From the sequence record PZ049694.1: DNA of 64,000 bases; one strand, given 5' to 3'. Source of the DNA: a phage. The position numbers and the translations under genes were made by a program. Below the pieces are notes generated by a model, which worked only from the letters and a program-made list of their open reading frames with translations, made no database searches and had not been told where the DNA came from. This document shows positions 1 to 8,643 of this stretch, in pieces. Position 1 is the stretch's first letter. The number at the start of each line of letters is the position of its first letter.

Positions 1-125
1 GACACAATACCAGCCATAAGGTCCCGTTGAGTTGGAAAAACACGAGAATCTTTATTAGCATTCTCGTTTAAAAGGTCTTTATTAGTTTTATGAATCAATC
101 CTTCAATTTCTTTTTCAATTGTCAT
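1..125 (-). CDS. 5' part of a CDS running off the left edge (N-terminus MTIEKEIEGLIHKTNKDLLNENANKDSRVF...)
   Basis: ATG at 125..123 overlaps the TGA stop of gene 49 (ATGA coupling); frame stays open to position 1; sits where T4 has the gene downstream of 49 (pin region), identity not verified. Confidence 0.55.
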   Translation of the reverse strand, partial: MTIEKEIEGLIHKTNKDLLNENANKDSRVFPTQRDLMAGIV

Positions 126-595
126 TTTAAACTCTTTCTAAGCTGCTTTTTGAATGAAGCTATTAATTGTGTTTTAGTATCAGATTCATTATATTCAAAT
201 CCTCTTTGAAGCATCTCAGCCATCATTTCCTCTTTACCTAGTCTTGAGAACTCTTTAGTTTTGTCTGGAACAAAATTAGGATGGATATTATTATCAGAAT
301 AATCTTGTTTCAAATAAGCAAGAAGAGCTTCAAGCCATTCGAGGTAGTCGACATCACGTCCTTTAAGACCGGAACGGTTGAACTTATGCTTCATTTGACC
401 TTCTGCTGCGTTGCACAGATTACAGAGTAATCCACGAACTCTACCGGCTTTTGGCCCGTTTAATTCATGGTCGTGGTCAAGATGGTTACCTTGAACATCA
501 GGGTCTAATTCACGGTGGCAAATAGGACACTTACCATTCTGTGCATCATAAAATTTTTGTTTTTCTTCTTTATATTTTGCGCCTGATAATAACAT
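122..595 (-). CDS. 49: recombination endonuclease VII (junction-resolving enzyme)
   Basis: 157 aa; matches recalled T4 gp49 along its length (GKC.IC.REL.PDVQ.NHLDHDHELNGPKAG.VRGLLCNLCNAAEG, C-terminal KKQLRKSLK). Confidence 0.9.
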   Translation of the reverse strand: MLLSGAKYKEEKQKFYDAQNGKCPICHRELDPDVQGNHLDHDHELNGPKAGRVRGLLCNLCNAAEGQMKHKFNRSGLKGRDVDYLEWLEALLAYLKQDYSDNNIHPNFVPDKTKEFSRLGKEEMMAEMLQRGFEYNESDTKTQLIASFKKQLRKSLK

Positions 596-624
596 GATAA
601 ACCCTTACCTTAAATAGATAAGGG

Positions 625-632
625 TATTTATA
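625..632 (-). promoter_or_regulatory. T4-type late promoter TATAAATA upstream of gene 49
   Basis: minus-strand TATAAATA about 30 nt upstream of the gene 49 ATG. Confidence 0.45.
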
Positions 633-634
633 AT

Positions 635-814
635 TTAATAAATGTTATAAAAGTCACGATGGAAACGTTTGTATTGGCGAATCATTCTTTTAGTAGGACG
701 TGTTACCGAAATGATTGAAGTCCTCATGTTCGGATTGTTTGGAGCACCAATTATAACAAATTTCCAAGATTTTTGACCGTTTGTTCTTTCGCCAAAAAAT
801 AATGCAGTTTTCAT
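635..814 (-). CDS. small basic protein, 59 aa (not in ORF track)
   Basis: ATG 814..812, TAA 637..635; MKTALFFGERTNGQKSWKFVIIGAPNNPNMRTSIISVTRPTKRMIRQYKRFHRDFYNIY; paralogous C-terminus with ORF 1239..1409. Confidence 0.45.
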   Translation of the reverse strand: MKTALFFGERTNGQKSWKFVIIGAPNNPNMRTSIISVTRPTKRMIRQYKRFHRDFYNIY

Positions 815-823
815 AATAGGCCC

Positions 824-1237
824 TTAACTTAAACGTCTTTCTAAATATTCAATGTATTCCGCTGCGGCTTGCATCAGATTACCTTCATAACCGTCATTAT
901 TTTCTTGGGCGGCTAATTTAGCTAAAGCATAAGAAATACGTTCACCTTCGAATTCGCCAAGTCCACCATCACAAACTACTTGGTCAATTTCTTCGAGTTC
1001 ATCTATTGAATGGGATTCCCAGAAGCACCAAAGAGAAGTATCACGGTCATAGATGCAAAGTTTCTCACCTGTGTTCAACATCACTTCGATAATGCCATGG
1101 TCGCCATAACCATCTTCGGTAGTAGTACCAATTACCTTGATGATCGTATCTTTCTTTAATTCAGGAAACTTATCTTGGAGTTCTTCGTCTTCTTTAACAA
1201 TCTTGAACCATTTACCGCGAGTTTCAGAAATATTCAT
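824..1237 (-). CDS. hypothetical protein, 137 aa
   Basis: ORF in minus-strand early gene chain, tightly packed with neighbours. Confidence 0.6.
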   Translation of the reverse strand: MNISETRGKWFKIVKEDEELQDKFPELKKDTIIKVIGTTTEDGYGDHGIIEVMLNTGEKLCIYDRDTSLWCFWESHSIDELEEIDQVVCDGGLGEFEGERISYALAKLAAQENNDGYEGNLMQAAAEYIEYLERRLS

Positions 1238-1238
1238 A

Positions 1239-1409
1239 TCAATATTCTCTATAAAAGTTACGATGAGAACGTTTAGCTTTGCGAAGCTGACGTTTAGTAG
1301 GACGAACTGTAAATGGTTGTCCAGAGAAAAAATTTGGTTCAGTTTTAATCAACACATACCAATCGTGTTCGCCGCTTTTTAATAAACGATATAACAATTT
1401 AACTTGCAT
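1239..1409 (-). CDS. small basic protein, 56 aa (start trimmed to ATG MQVKLLYRLL)
   Basis: track ORF begins at TTG; first ATG has a GGAAGAG Shine-Dalgarno; C-terminus FTVRPTKRQLRKAKRSHRNFYREY resembles ORF 635..814. Confidence 0.45.
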   Translation of the reverse strand: MQVKLLYRLLKSGEHDWYVLIKTEPNFFSGQPFTVRPTKRQLRKAKRSHRNFYREY

Positions 1410-1537
1410 AATAATCTCTTCCCATTTCCATATCAATTAATTCATTTATTGAAGGTTCATCATAACACGTTTCTTCGTCATTGTAAACTGTTTCGACGTC
1501 TGGCTCGACTGTCTCCCATCGAGCCGAATACCACGGT

Positions 1538-1846
1538 TTAACGGTCATACCAATAACTACTTACTTCAAAATCGGGTTCGCCATCTTCCCAGAACCATGG
1601 GCCAACCGGATGCCAATCGCCATGCTTATCTTCTTCATATTCTATAGATTCAAGCCCAACGTATTGCCATTGGACTTCATAAGCAGTGCCGCCGATTACA
1701 ACAGTGTTCTCACCATATGGGTTAGCCACGGCAAAGTCAATACCTTCTTCCTTTGCCAGGGCAACCATGTATTCGTATAGTTTATATTCCAGGTCATCTT
1801 TGTTGCCATCGCCTAGATAAATTGTTTGTCCGTCTAATTCACTCAT
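1538..1846 (-). CDS. hypothetical acidic protein, 102 aa
   Basis: ORF; 4-nt overlap with upstream gene. Confidence 0.6.
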   Translation of the reverse strand: MSELDGQTIYLGDGNKDDLEYKLYEYMVALAKEEGIDFAVANPYGENTVVIGGTAYEVQWQYVGLESIEYEEDKHGDWHPVGPWFWEDGEPDFEVSSYWYDR

Positions 1847-2031
1847 AATTCCACCATAAATTCAAATAGCTGGTCACGTACACAAGTATCAGTCCAACCC
1901 CATTCATTGGCTTCTTCTTTTAACCAATCCGGGAGATTTACCAATACGGTTTCTTTACTAGGCGCAGGAGTATAAAACTCACTTGCAAACTCTCTTGCGC
2001 ATGTTTCATAAGCTTTATCAAATTCGGTCAT
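1843..2031 (-). CDS. hypothetical protein, 62 aa
   Basis: ORF; ATGA overlap with upstream peptide gene. Confidence 0.5.
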   Translation of the reverse strand: MTEFDKAYETCAREFASEFYTPAPSKETVLVNLPDWLKEEANEWGWTDTCVRDQLFEFMVEL

Positions 2032-2189
2032 TTAAAGTTCCAGAATGAAGCACCAACCAGAAATAAAGGCCAACAAATCATAGACGTCAACCACCAACAA
2101 AAGTCACCTGAATCATCTAATTTAGCTAGGGTCTTAGCATAACCAATACCTATGATAAGATACAAAACAACCAACATTAATTCAATCAT
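2028..2189 (-). CDS. small hydrophobic (single-TM) peptide, 53 aa (not in ORF track)
   Basis: ATG 2189..2187 overlaps the nrdC TGA and its own TGA overlaps the next ATG; MIELMLVVLYLIIGIGYAKTLAKLDDSGDFCWWLTSMICWPLFLVGASFWNFK. Confidence 0.45.
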   Translation of the reverse strand: MIELMLVVLYLIIGIGYAKTLAKLDDSGDFCWWLTSMICWPLFLVGASFWNFK

Positions 2190-2449
2190 TTGAAATACGC
2201 TCGCAGTTGGTCAAATCCACCAATATGACTTCCGTCAGGAGCAAACACTTGAGGCATAGTCAATCCGATTTGTGATTCACGTCCAAGCTTAACCAGAAGC
2301 TCAGCAATTTTCTCATCATCAAAAACACCTTTTTCCGGCATAACATTAATGAATTCGAATGGCTGTTTCTTAACGGTCAGCAATCGTTTCGCATTATCGC
2401 AATAAATGCATTTATGAATAGTAGAGTCATAACCATACACTTTAAACAT
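2186..2449 (-). CDS. nrdC: glutaredoxin/thioredoxin NrdC
   Basis: MFKVYGYDS.IHKC.YCDNAKRLL... with CxxC active site; matches recalled T4 NrdC; start trimmed to MFKVYGYD. Confidence 0.85.
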   Translation of the reverse strand: MFKVYGYDSTIHKCIYCDNAKRLLTVKKQPFEFINVMPEKGVFDDEKIAELLVKLGRESQIGLTMPQVFAPDGSHIGGFDQLRAYFK

Positions 2450-2855
2450 TATTTTTCCTTTCATCGATTAAATATGCAATGCCAAATACAATACATGTAA
2501 TAAAACCTGTGATACAGATAGAAACCAACAACACTGTACCAAAGAACCAAATCAAGTTATCTTTAGTAGTTTGTTTGATATCCATCTCACGAATTTCTAT
2601 AGCTATCGTATCACCTTTATTCAGAAGCGTATAAAACGACGGTGATACATGCCTGTCAAAAACACGGCCTTGTTCATCTTTATAAACTGCAATAAATTCC
2701 AATTTAGAATATTTTCCTGTAGATTGGCCTGAGATTAATTCCACTACCTCCACAGGAATTACTTTAGTTTCCATGTAAGTATTCTGGCTGTTCCAAATGA
2801 ATGGAATGATGGCAAAAACTAAAGCTGCAATAAAGCAACGAAGGCTATATCTCAT
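2442..2855 (-). CDS. membrane protein (N- and C-terminal TM segments), 137 aa
   Basis: ORF with hydrophobic segments at both ends. Confidence 0.55.
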   Translation of the reverse strand: MRYSLRCFIAALVFAIIPFIWNSQNTYMETKVIPVEVVELISGQSTGKYSKLEFIAVYKDEQGRVFDRHVSPSFYTLLNKGDTIAIEIREMDIKQTTKDNLIWFFGTVLLVSICITGFITCIVFGIAYLIDERKNNV

Positions 2856-3160
2856 TATAATGTTCTCTCAAATTTGTGGAAGCATTTACGGCATTTCAAT
2901 TTCAAGTTATCAGTGGTCCAGTTAACCAGTTGGACTTGGATAGTTCCACATTCCGGACATGGATGTTTTGCTGCCGATTTGGCAGCATTTTCACGTCGTT
3001 CAACCATTTTCATTATTTCGTTCCATGCCGGAGGAACGAACTCTTCTTCACCGTGGATTTTATCTCGCTGAACAAATTCAATCTTTGAACTATCGTCAAT
3101 AAACTTAACCAAGCCATGATTAGTGCTCATATCAATATCCTCTAAAAGACGTAGTTTCAT
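2855..3160 (-). CDS. zinc-ribbon protein, 101 aa
   Basis: CPECG...CRKC Cys4 pattern. Confidence 0.55.
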   Translation of the reverse strand: MKLRLLEDIDMSTNHGLVKFIDDSSKIEFVQRDKIHGEEEFVPPAWNEIMKMVERRENAAKSAAKHPCPECGTIQVQLVNWTTDNLKLKCRKCFHKFERTL

Positions 3161-4110
3161 TATAACACCTCAATGGCATTTCGTAAGCCATCCGCTTTCG
3201 CATTCAGAGCTTTTAACGATTTAGTTTGTTCTGCAATCTGGGCTTCGACTTCTTTCAGACGAGATTTGAGATATTCGCGTTCTTCTCTTAAGTTATCAAC
3301 TTTTTCTGCTTTAGGCTCTTTAATAGGCTTAGGCTTATACTCATTAGGGTTCTTCAACTTAATTTGAATGCGAGAACTGTATAACATTGAACCGTTATCT
3401 TCGGTTTCGCTGAACATTTCAACAACATCCATAGTCTGTAATATCATACGAAGTTTATAAGACAGCGAACTAACGGTTTTGTTGCGCTTATTAATTTCTT
3501 CGGCTTTCATGGTACCGAGATTACGTGAGTAGTAATAAGGAACCTGGATATCAATTGACAATGATGCGTTACCATTACCAGTTGGTTTGAATACTGCAGT
3601 AACCCAATCTTTAACATGAACTTTATTTGTACGACCGTCGCCGCCTGTGAATAATTTACGTGAATGTTTAAAAAGCATATTCACTTGGTTATTGAATTCA
3701 CAAGCAAATTTATCAGCAAATTTAGTTTCAGGAATGGTAGATAACCAATCAGCCAAATGAGTCTTTTTAACATCGTTAATAATAGTAAATTCAACTAAAT
3801 CAGTTTTAGATGTCACAGATTTAATAAAGCTCGGCTTCATAAAGTTTTTAATGTTATCGCGAGCTACAGTAGAAGATAATAAACGAGAACGTTTGAACCA
3901 TTGAAGCAGTGTCCCTAATGAATGAGAATACGCATTCTGAGTATCTTTACAGATATGATTTTCTTGGCCTGTGTATGTACCAAAATCGCGAAGAATACCA
4001 CTTACTACAACTCGGTGTGGAACATCAAATCCTAATGAACCAGAAGCACGTTGGGCATGAACGTTAGCGATAAGACCTGCAAAATAATCAACATAATGTG
4101 AACGTGTCAT
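3160..4110 (-). CDS. hypothetical protein with C-terminal coiled coil, 316 aa
   Basis: ORF with GAGAGG Shine-Dalgarno; Lys/Glu-rich heptad-like C-terminus. Confidence 0.6.
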   Translation of the reverse strand: MTRSHYVDYFAGLIANVHAQRASGSLGFDVPHRVVVSGILRDFGTYTGQENHICKDTQNAYSHSLGTLLQWFKRSRLLSSTVARDNIKNFMKPSFIKSVTSKTDLVEFTIINDVKKTHLADWLSTIPETKFADKFACEFNNQVNMLFKHSRKLFTGGDGRTNKVHVKDWVTAVFKPTGNGNASLSIDIQVPYYYSRNLGTMKAEEINKRNKTVSSLSYKLRMILQTMDVVEMFSETEDNGSMLYSSRIQIKLKNPNEYKPKPIKEPKAEKVDNLREEREYLKSRLKEVEAQIAEQTKSLKALNAKADGLRNAIEVL

Positions 4111-4138
4111 AATATTTTCCTCTCGTTAAGATAGAAAG

Positions 4139-4168
4139 ATTATACTCCAACCATCCTTGGTTGTAAAC
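4139..4168 (-). promoter_or_regulatory. T4 early-type promoter (GTTTAC -35, TATAAT -10) with inverted repeat (PeSL-like)
   Basis: minus strand GTTTAC, 18-nt spacer, TATAAT; ccaacc/ggttgg arms in the spacer. Confidence 0.5.
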
Positions 4169-4172
4169 TGAT

Positions 4173-5105
4173 TTATGATTTTAATGCATTCATTGCGTTA
4201 AAAAGTTTAGAGTACTGCAACTGGAGCTTGGTAACTACTTGTTGAGCATCACGAAGCTTAGCTTGTGCTTTGTCAAGTTCAACAGACAGTTGGTCCACAG
4301 TGCCTTTGATTTGATTATAATAGTAATCTTCGGCAGGAAGAAGACCGTTAGAGATTTCCAGTTTAGTCGACGGTGTGCCGTTAAACATAACAGGTTGTGC
4401 TGAAGCTGCATTAATCTTACCGATAGTTGGGGCGACAATAATTGACGCTTCGAACGTTGCATTTTCCTTTTTAAGATTTTGATAGTATTCAGAGTCTTTG
4501 TGCCACCATGGCGCAGGAACCTTTTTACCAATAGATACACGAGCCTGGATAGCGATATGGCCCTTATTCTTGATAGGGTTGATAATATTAAGCTCACGAG
4601 AATAAATTGCTTTAATCTGGTGAATATTATCACCTAGCACTTCCAACGCTTGGTGGAATACACGAGCAACGTTATCATTCTTAGGTTTATACGTAAGAGT
4701 GAACTCGTTCTCACTGATAACCATGATTTCCAACTTATCGTAAGTATATTTCAAATGTTTCATGTTAATTGCTTGAGGACGAATACGAGAAGCAATGGCC
4801 ATCAGATTGTTAAGGTTATTCCGGAACTGCTTAGCGAAATATTGTCCTTCACCGCCAATACAAAAATTACGAAGTTTCTGTTTGGCTAATAAACGGCTGA
4901 ACTCACCATTTTTAATGAACTCTTTAACGGGTGTGTTAGTAACGCATTCAAATTGAGTAAACTTACGAGAATTAATCCCATAATACGAACAGATTTCCTC
5001 AATCTCTTCAGGAGTCTTTACAGGCATACGGATAGGATTAGGTCCTGGGGTATATGCGTTCGAGGTAAATTCTTTGATAAGTTCTCTACGTGTAATAGAA
5101 GCCAT
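4173..5105 (-). CDS. hypothetical protein with C-terminal coiled coil, 310 aa
   Basis: ORF; GAGGA Shine-Dalgarno; same promoter cassette sequence as at 4139. Confidence 0.6.
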   Translation of the reverse strand: MASITRRELIKEFTSNAYTPGPNPIRMPVKTPEEIEEICSYYGINSRKFTQFECVTNTPVKEFIKNGEFSRLLAKQKLRNFCIGGEGQYFAKQFRNNLNNLMAIASRIRPQAINMKHLKYTYDKLEIMVISENEFTLTYKPKNDNVARVFHQALEVLGDNIHQIKAIYSRELNIINPIKNKGHIAIQARVSIGKKVPAPWWHKDSEYYQNLKKENATFEASIIVAPTIGKINAASAQPVMFNGTPSTKLEISNGLLPAEDYYYNQIKGTVDQLSVELDKAQAKLRDAQQVVTKLQLQYSKLFNAMNALKS

Positions 5106-5131
5106 TTTATATTCCTCATGTTGAAAAATTT

Positions 5132-5160
5132 ATTATACTCCAACCATCCTTGGTTGTACA
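5132..5160 (-). promoter_or_regulatory. early-type promoter cassette (same sequence family as 4139..4168)
   Basis: ttatactccaaccatccttggttgta repeated; minus-strand -10 TATAAT. Confidence 0.4.
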
Positions 5161-6156
5161 TCATTCCTTAAGAAGTTTTACTACTTGAATAAGATTAGCT
5201 CGTTCTGTTTTATTTTTACCGTTTAAGCCTGCTAATCGTGAGATTTCATCATCAGTCTGTTGAATAGTTACATTAAGTTCGTTAATCAAAGCTTCAAAGT
5301 ATTTGATTTGCTCAGCATGTTTTGATTCAAATTTTTGAACCGGAATAACGTCTTGGTTTAGTTCATCAATAAGGTCTTTAAGAGCATCTTCTTGGTTGAT
5401 ATCATATTCAACTTCTTTTATTTCTTCAACGAGCTCGTCTTTATATCTAACGTCTTTTAGTCCTGGTGCTGGTCCTGAAATCTCTTCTTTAAGAGTACAA
5501 ACATATCCAATACGGTATCCAATACCGTCTCGCTTGATAACAACTTCGTCAATAAATCCACAATGTTTAAGACCGGAGCCGATTAGGTCAAAATATCCTT
5601 GACGTCGTCCTTCAAACGTTACACGAACTACTAAGACAGTTTTACCTGCAACCTTTTGAAGCTCACATTTATAAAAGTCTGTTGAACCTGAATAACGTGG
5701 ATGAGTTTTAAAGTTCATCTGACGATCTAGACCCATTTGTAAGCGTGCTGATACGGCCATAAAACGTGTTTGGTTCTCGTTAAGATGAGCAACAATCCAT
5801 TTCAAAGGCATTTTACACTGTTCACGACCGAACAAATCAGTACGTCCTAGATTACGCAGGATGTTGTTAGAGTTAATCATCGACAGAACGTTAAGTTTAT
5901 TCAGCGCGCTGAAGATTCCATCGGCCATTGATTTTCCGTAACCTTTACACGCTTTAATAAGCGCTCGCGGTAGATTAGTATAGATTTCAGACGGCATATG
6001 AAAATCAAATTTACTAGTCAGTAATTGATGAACTTGGATAGCAATTTGCTCATAATTAAGTGCTCTGCGATCATTATGGTCTTTAAACCACACTTTAATC
6101 TGTGAAGCACATAAACCGTTAATTTCATGTTTTACCGCATCAGATGTAATGCTCAT
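5161..6156 (-). CDS. hypothetical protein with C-terminal coiled coil, 331 aa
   Basis: ORF; third member of a loosely similar trio 3160..6156. Confidence 0.6.
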   Translation of the reverse strand: MSITSDAVKHEINGLCASQIKVWFKDHNDRRALNYEQIAIQVHQLLTSKFDFHMPSEIYTNLPRALIKACKGYGKSMADGIFSALNKLNVLSMINSNNILRNLGRTDLFGREQCKMPLKWIVAHLNENQTRFMAVSARLQMGLDRQMNFKTHPRYSGSTDFYKCELQKVAGKTVLVVRVTFEGRRQGYFDLIGSGLKHCGFIDEVVIKRDGIGYRIGYVCTLKEEISGPAPGLKDVRYKDELVEEIKEVEYDINQEDALKDLIDELNQDVIPVQKFESKHAEQIKYFEALINELNVTIQQTDDEISRLAGLNGKNKTERANLIQVVKLLKE

Positions 6157-6218
6157 AACTATTTCCTCAGATTGAATTGGAACTCAAAACCATTATAACC
6201 CGTCCTTGGGTAAAGCGT

Positions 6219-6746
6219 TTATGCGTGAACCGTCTTTAAACGTTCTTCAAATTTCCGAAGAGTACTAATACGTTCTGCTTTCTGTTTTGTATAGTTTGCA
6301 ATACGTTCTGAAGTGAGAGCGTATCGTTCGTTTACTGTTTCTTTCATGAAGTCAGGGATTTCACGAGAAGCTTTAATTTCATCAAACTTATCGAGTACTG
6401 CCTGGTCTTCAGCGATTAAATTTTCGTACATCTCGATATCTTTCTTGATAAACTCGATATCTTCCTGGGTTACTTTGGATAAACGAGATGCTTTATCCTT
6501 TTTGTACTGCTCGTTAGTTTCACGAGACCAGAATAATGTACGTTTTTTGTTAGTGTTTTTGTAGACTTCCACAATTCCAACTGAATCGATGATAGCAATC
6601 CAATTCCAGCGAGATTTGAAAATCTGACCTCCGTCCACGGTAATCTCGTTACCATAAGCAACGTCATTAAAGAACTTGCTTTGTGCTTCAGATTTAAATT
6701 TACCGTCGTTATAATTTACCAGGTTGAAAATATCTTTAGCGTTCAT
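6219..6746 (-). CDS. hypothetical protein, 175 aa
   Basis: ORF in early gene chain. Confidence 0.6.
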   Translation of the reverse strand: MNAKDIFNLVNYNDGKFKSEAQSKFFNDVAYGNEITVDGGQIFKSRWNWIAIIDSVGIVEVYKNTNKKRTLFWSRETNEQYKKDKASRLSKVTQEDIEFIKKDIEMYENLIAEDQAVLDKFDEIKASREIPDFMKETVNERYALTSERIANYTKQKAERISTLRKFEERLKTVHA

Positions 6747-6804
6747 GTTTTACCTCCAGTAGTTGATAGGTCTATAATAACATAACCATAGACCTTGTAA
6801 ACAA

Positions 6805-7092
6805 CTAAAAGAAACTTTTTTCGGTATTTTTTCCACTGAACCAAACCGATTTCGGAATTTTCTGTAATTTTTCAGATTTAAGTTTCTCTTCCTGTTCTTT
6901 CTTATATGCATCCTTGTCGTACTGGAACAACTCTAAGGCATTCTTTTGTAGACGGTCTAAGGTAATTAAGGCTTTAGTTTTTCCTTTCAAGGAAGAGTCC
7001 TGGCGAACCTCCTCGCTATATTGCATCGTAGAACTAACCATACGATGTGCATAGAGTTCGACTGCGGCTTTAATTTTTTGCATAAAATCCAT
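6805..7092 (-). CDS. hypothetical protein, 95 aa
   Basis: ORF with AGAGGA Shine-Dalgarno. Confidence 0.5.
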   Translation of the reverse strand: MDFMQKIKAAVELYAHRMVSSTMQYSEEVRQDSSLKGKTKALITLDRLQKNALELFQYDKDAYKKEQEEKLKSEKLQKIPKSVWFSGKNTEKSFF

Positions 7093-7230
7093 AACATATC
7101 CTCTTTGATTTGTACATCATTATTTTTAAATATTTCTATGCCCTCAGTAGGTTCCTGGTGTCCTTCTTTGAGGTAAGCCATATGATTATTCATCTTTATG
7201 GCTTTTGTTACCTCAGAACTTCCTATAAGC

Positions 7231-8232
7231 TTATTTCAGTAAAGTTACTTCAGAGATTTCCTCCCAACCATCTTTATCAGTTGAAATAAAATCTGCTACG
7301 TAAAGAGCCGTACGTAATGATACATTGCGAAGACGAGATACGTTAGCCTTCATCCAGGACAATGCTTTATACGTTTCTGCATCCGTCAGACCACGTTTCT
7401 GCATCATGTCAGTAGATAATATTACATCTTCAACTCGAACCATAATCTCTTCATTAGAGTGTACTCCAAGGTCGAGATACACTGAACGAGATACTAAAGC
7501 TTGAAGGTGTGGGGCAAGTTTCGAACCGCGTTCTAACTCTTTATCGATATCAACGTTTGTAATGAAAACGATAGTACCTTCAAACTCAAATTCTTTATCA
7601 ATACCCTTATCATCGAGATAAGATGACGCAGTGCTCCAACAAACTTTGCGTTTATCTCCAGTATCTAATGCTGCTTTAAGAAGGTTCAAGATGTCCATAT
7701 CTGAGAATACGTCAACGTCGTCGATTAAGAGAACGCTGTCTGCATCACGGTTGAGCCAAAGTTGTTCGTAAAGGCCGATACCAGAGATTTTACCATTAAT
7801 GCTTTTGTATTTGATGAAACCATTATCATTAGCGTTATTAAGTGCTTTATCCAGAGAATACGTCTTACCAATACCAGCTGCACCTGAAATAATGAGTGAA
7901 CGAATTTTACCATCGATAATGCCATTCGTCATCATGTTCATTACTTTAAAGCGTTTGTTGATACGAGTTTTCATATCTTCAGTGCTTTCAACGACTGCAA
8001 CTGGTGATGTCTCAACTCCTTCCATTACGATGTCTGATTTGAAGACCCATACTCCACGTTCAGAACCGTCAATCATAACGAAGATTTTACCATCACCTAA
8101 GTGGGAACATTCAGGATTAAGCTTTGCCGGGAACCAGGTCTTTGTGGCAACATAAGAACCAGAGATTTCGTTATTACGATAGATACCTTTTTTGATTTGA
8201 ACGTTGAACATTTTATTCTCCAATTTACTCAT
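7231..8232 (-). CDS. P-loop ATPase (AAA-like), 333 aa
   Basis: Walker A GAAGIGKT, Walker B VLLIDDVD, sensor-like FITN. Confidence 0.7.
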   Translation of the reverse strand: MSKLENKMFNVQIKKGIYRNNEISGSYVATKTWFPAKLNPECSHLGDGKIFVMIDGSERGVWVFKSDIVMEGVETSPVAVVESTEDMKTRINKRFKVMNMMTNGIIDGKIRSLIISGAAGIGKTYSLDKALNNANDNGFIKYKSINGKISGIGLYEQLWLNRDADSVLLIDDVDVFSDMDILNLLKAALDTGDKRKVCWSTASSYLDDKGIDKEFEFEGTIVFITNVDIDKELERGSKLAPHLQALVSRSVYLDLGVHSNEEIMVRVEDVILSTDMMQKRGLTDAETYKALSWMKANVSRLRNVSLRTALYVADFISTDKDGWEEISEVTLLK

Positions 8233-8298
8233 TTCGTTTCGATAGGTCTATAGTATCATATCCTAAAAGCATGTACACTACTTTTTTAAAAATATTTT

Positions 8299-8327
8299 AA
8301 CCCCCTAAAGGGACCCGAAGGTCCCCA
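8299..8327 (-). terminator. stem-loop (UUCG-type) after the 8331..8612 stop
   Basis: minus strand gggaccTTCGggtccc followed by tttaggggg; near-copy of the element at 26622..26652. Confidence 0.4.
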
Positions 8328-8330
8328 CAT

Positions 8331-8612
8331 TTACTTATCGCACTTAGCAACATAATTAGGCATATCACAGAATACGGAGCGAGTAACTACTCGGCCCTTT
8401 GACCATGCTTCAGTTGCTTGTCCGGCTGTGCTATTAATATAGCTTGATCTAATGTTCTCAATACCCTGAGAATGTGAGGCATTTACCGAACCATTAGAAG
8501 ACCCAGAAGACTGGTTACCGCCAGCTCCTGCACTACCGCTGGCTGCACCCGTGGTAGCACCAACAGAGAATGCCATCATTACTGCGAATAAACCAATTAC
8601 TAATTTTTTCAT
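8331..8612 (-). CDS. secreted Gly/Ser-rich protein with signal peptide, 93 aa
   Basis: N-terminal MKKLVIGLFAVMMAFSVGA signal-like segment; two Cys near C-terminus. Confidence 0.6.
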   Translation of the reverse strand: MKKLVIGLFAVMMAFSVGATTGAASGSAGAGGNQSSGSSNGSVNASHSQGIENIRSSYINSTAGQATEAWSKGRVVTRSVFCDMPNYVAKCDK

Positions 8613-8643
8613 ATTTACCTCAAGTTAATGGTTATTTATCTAC

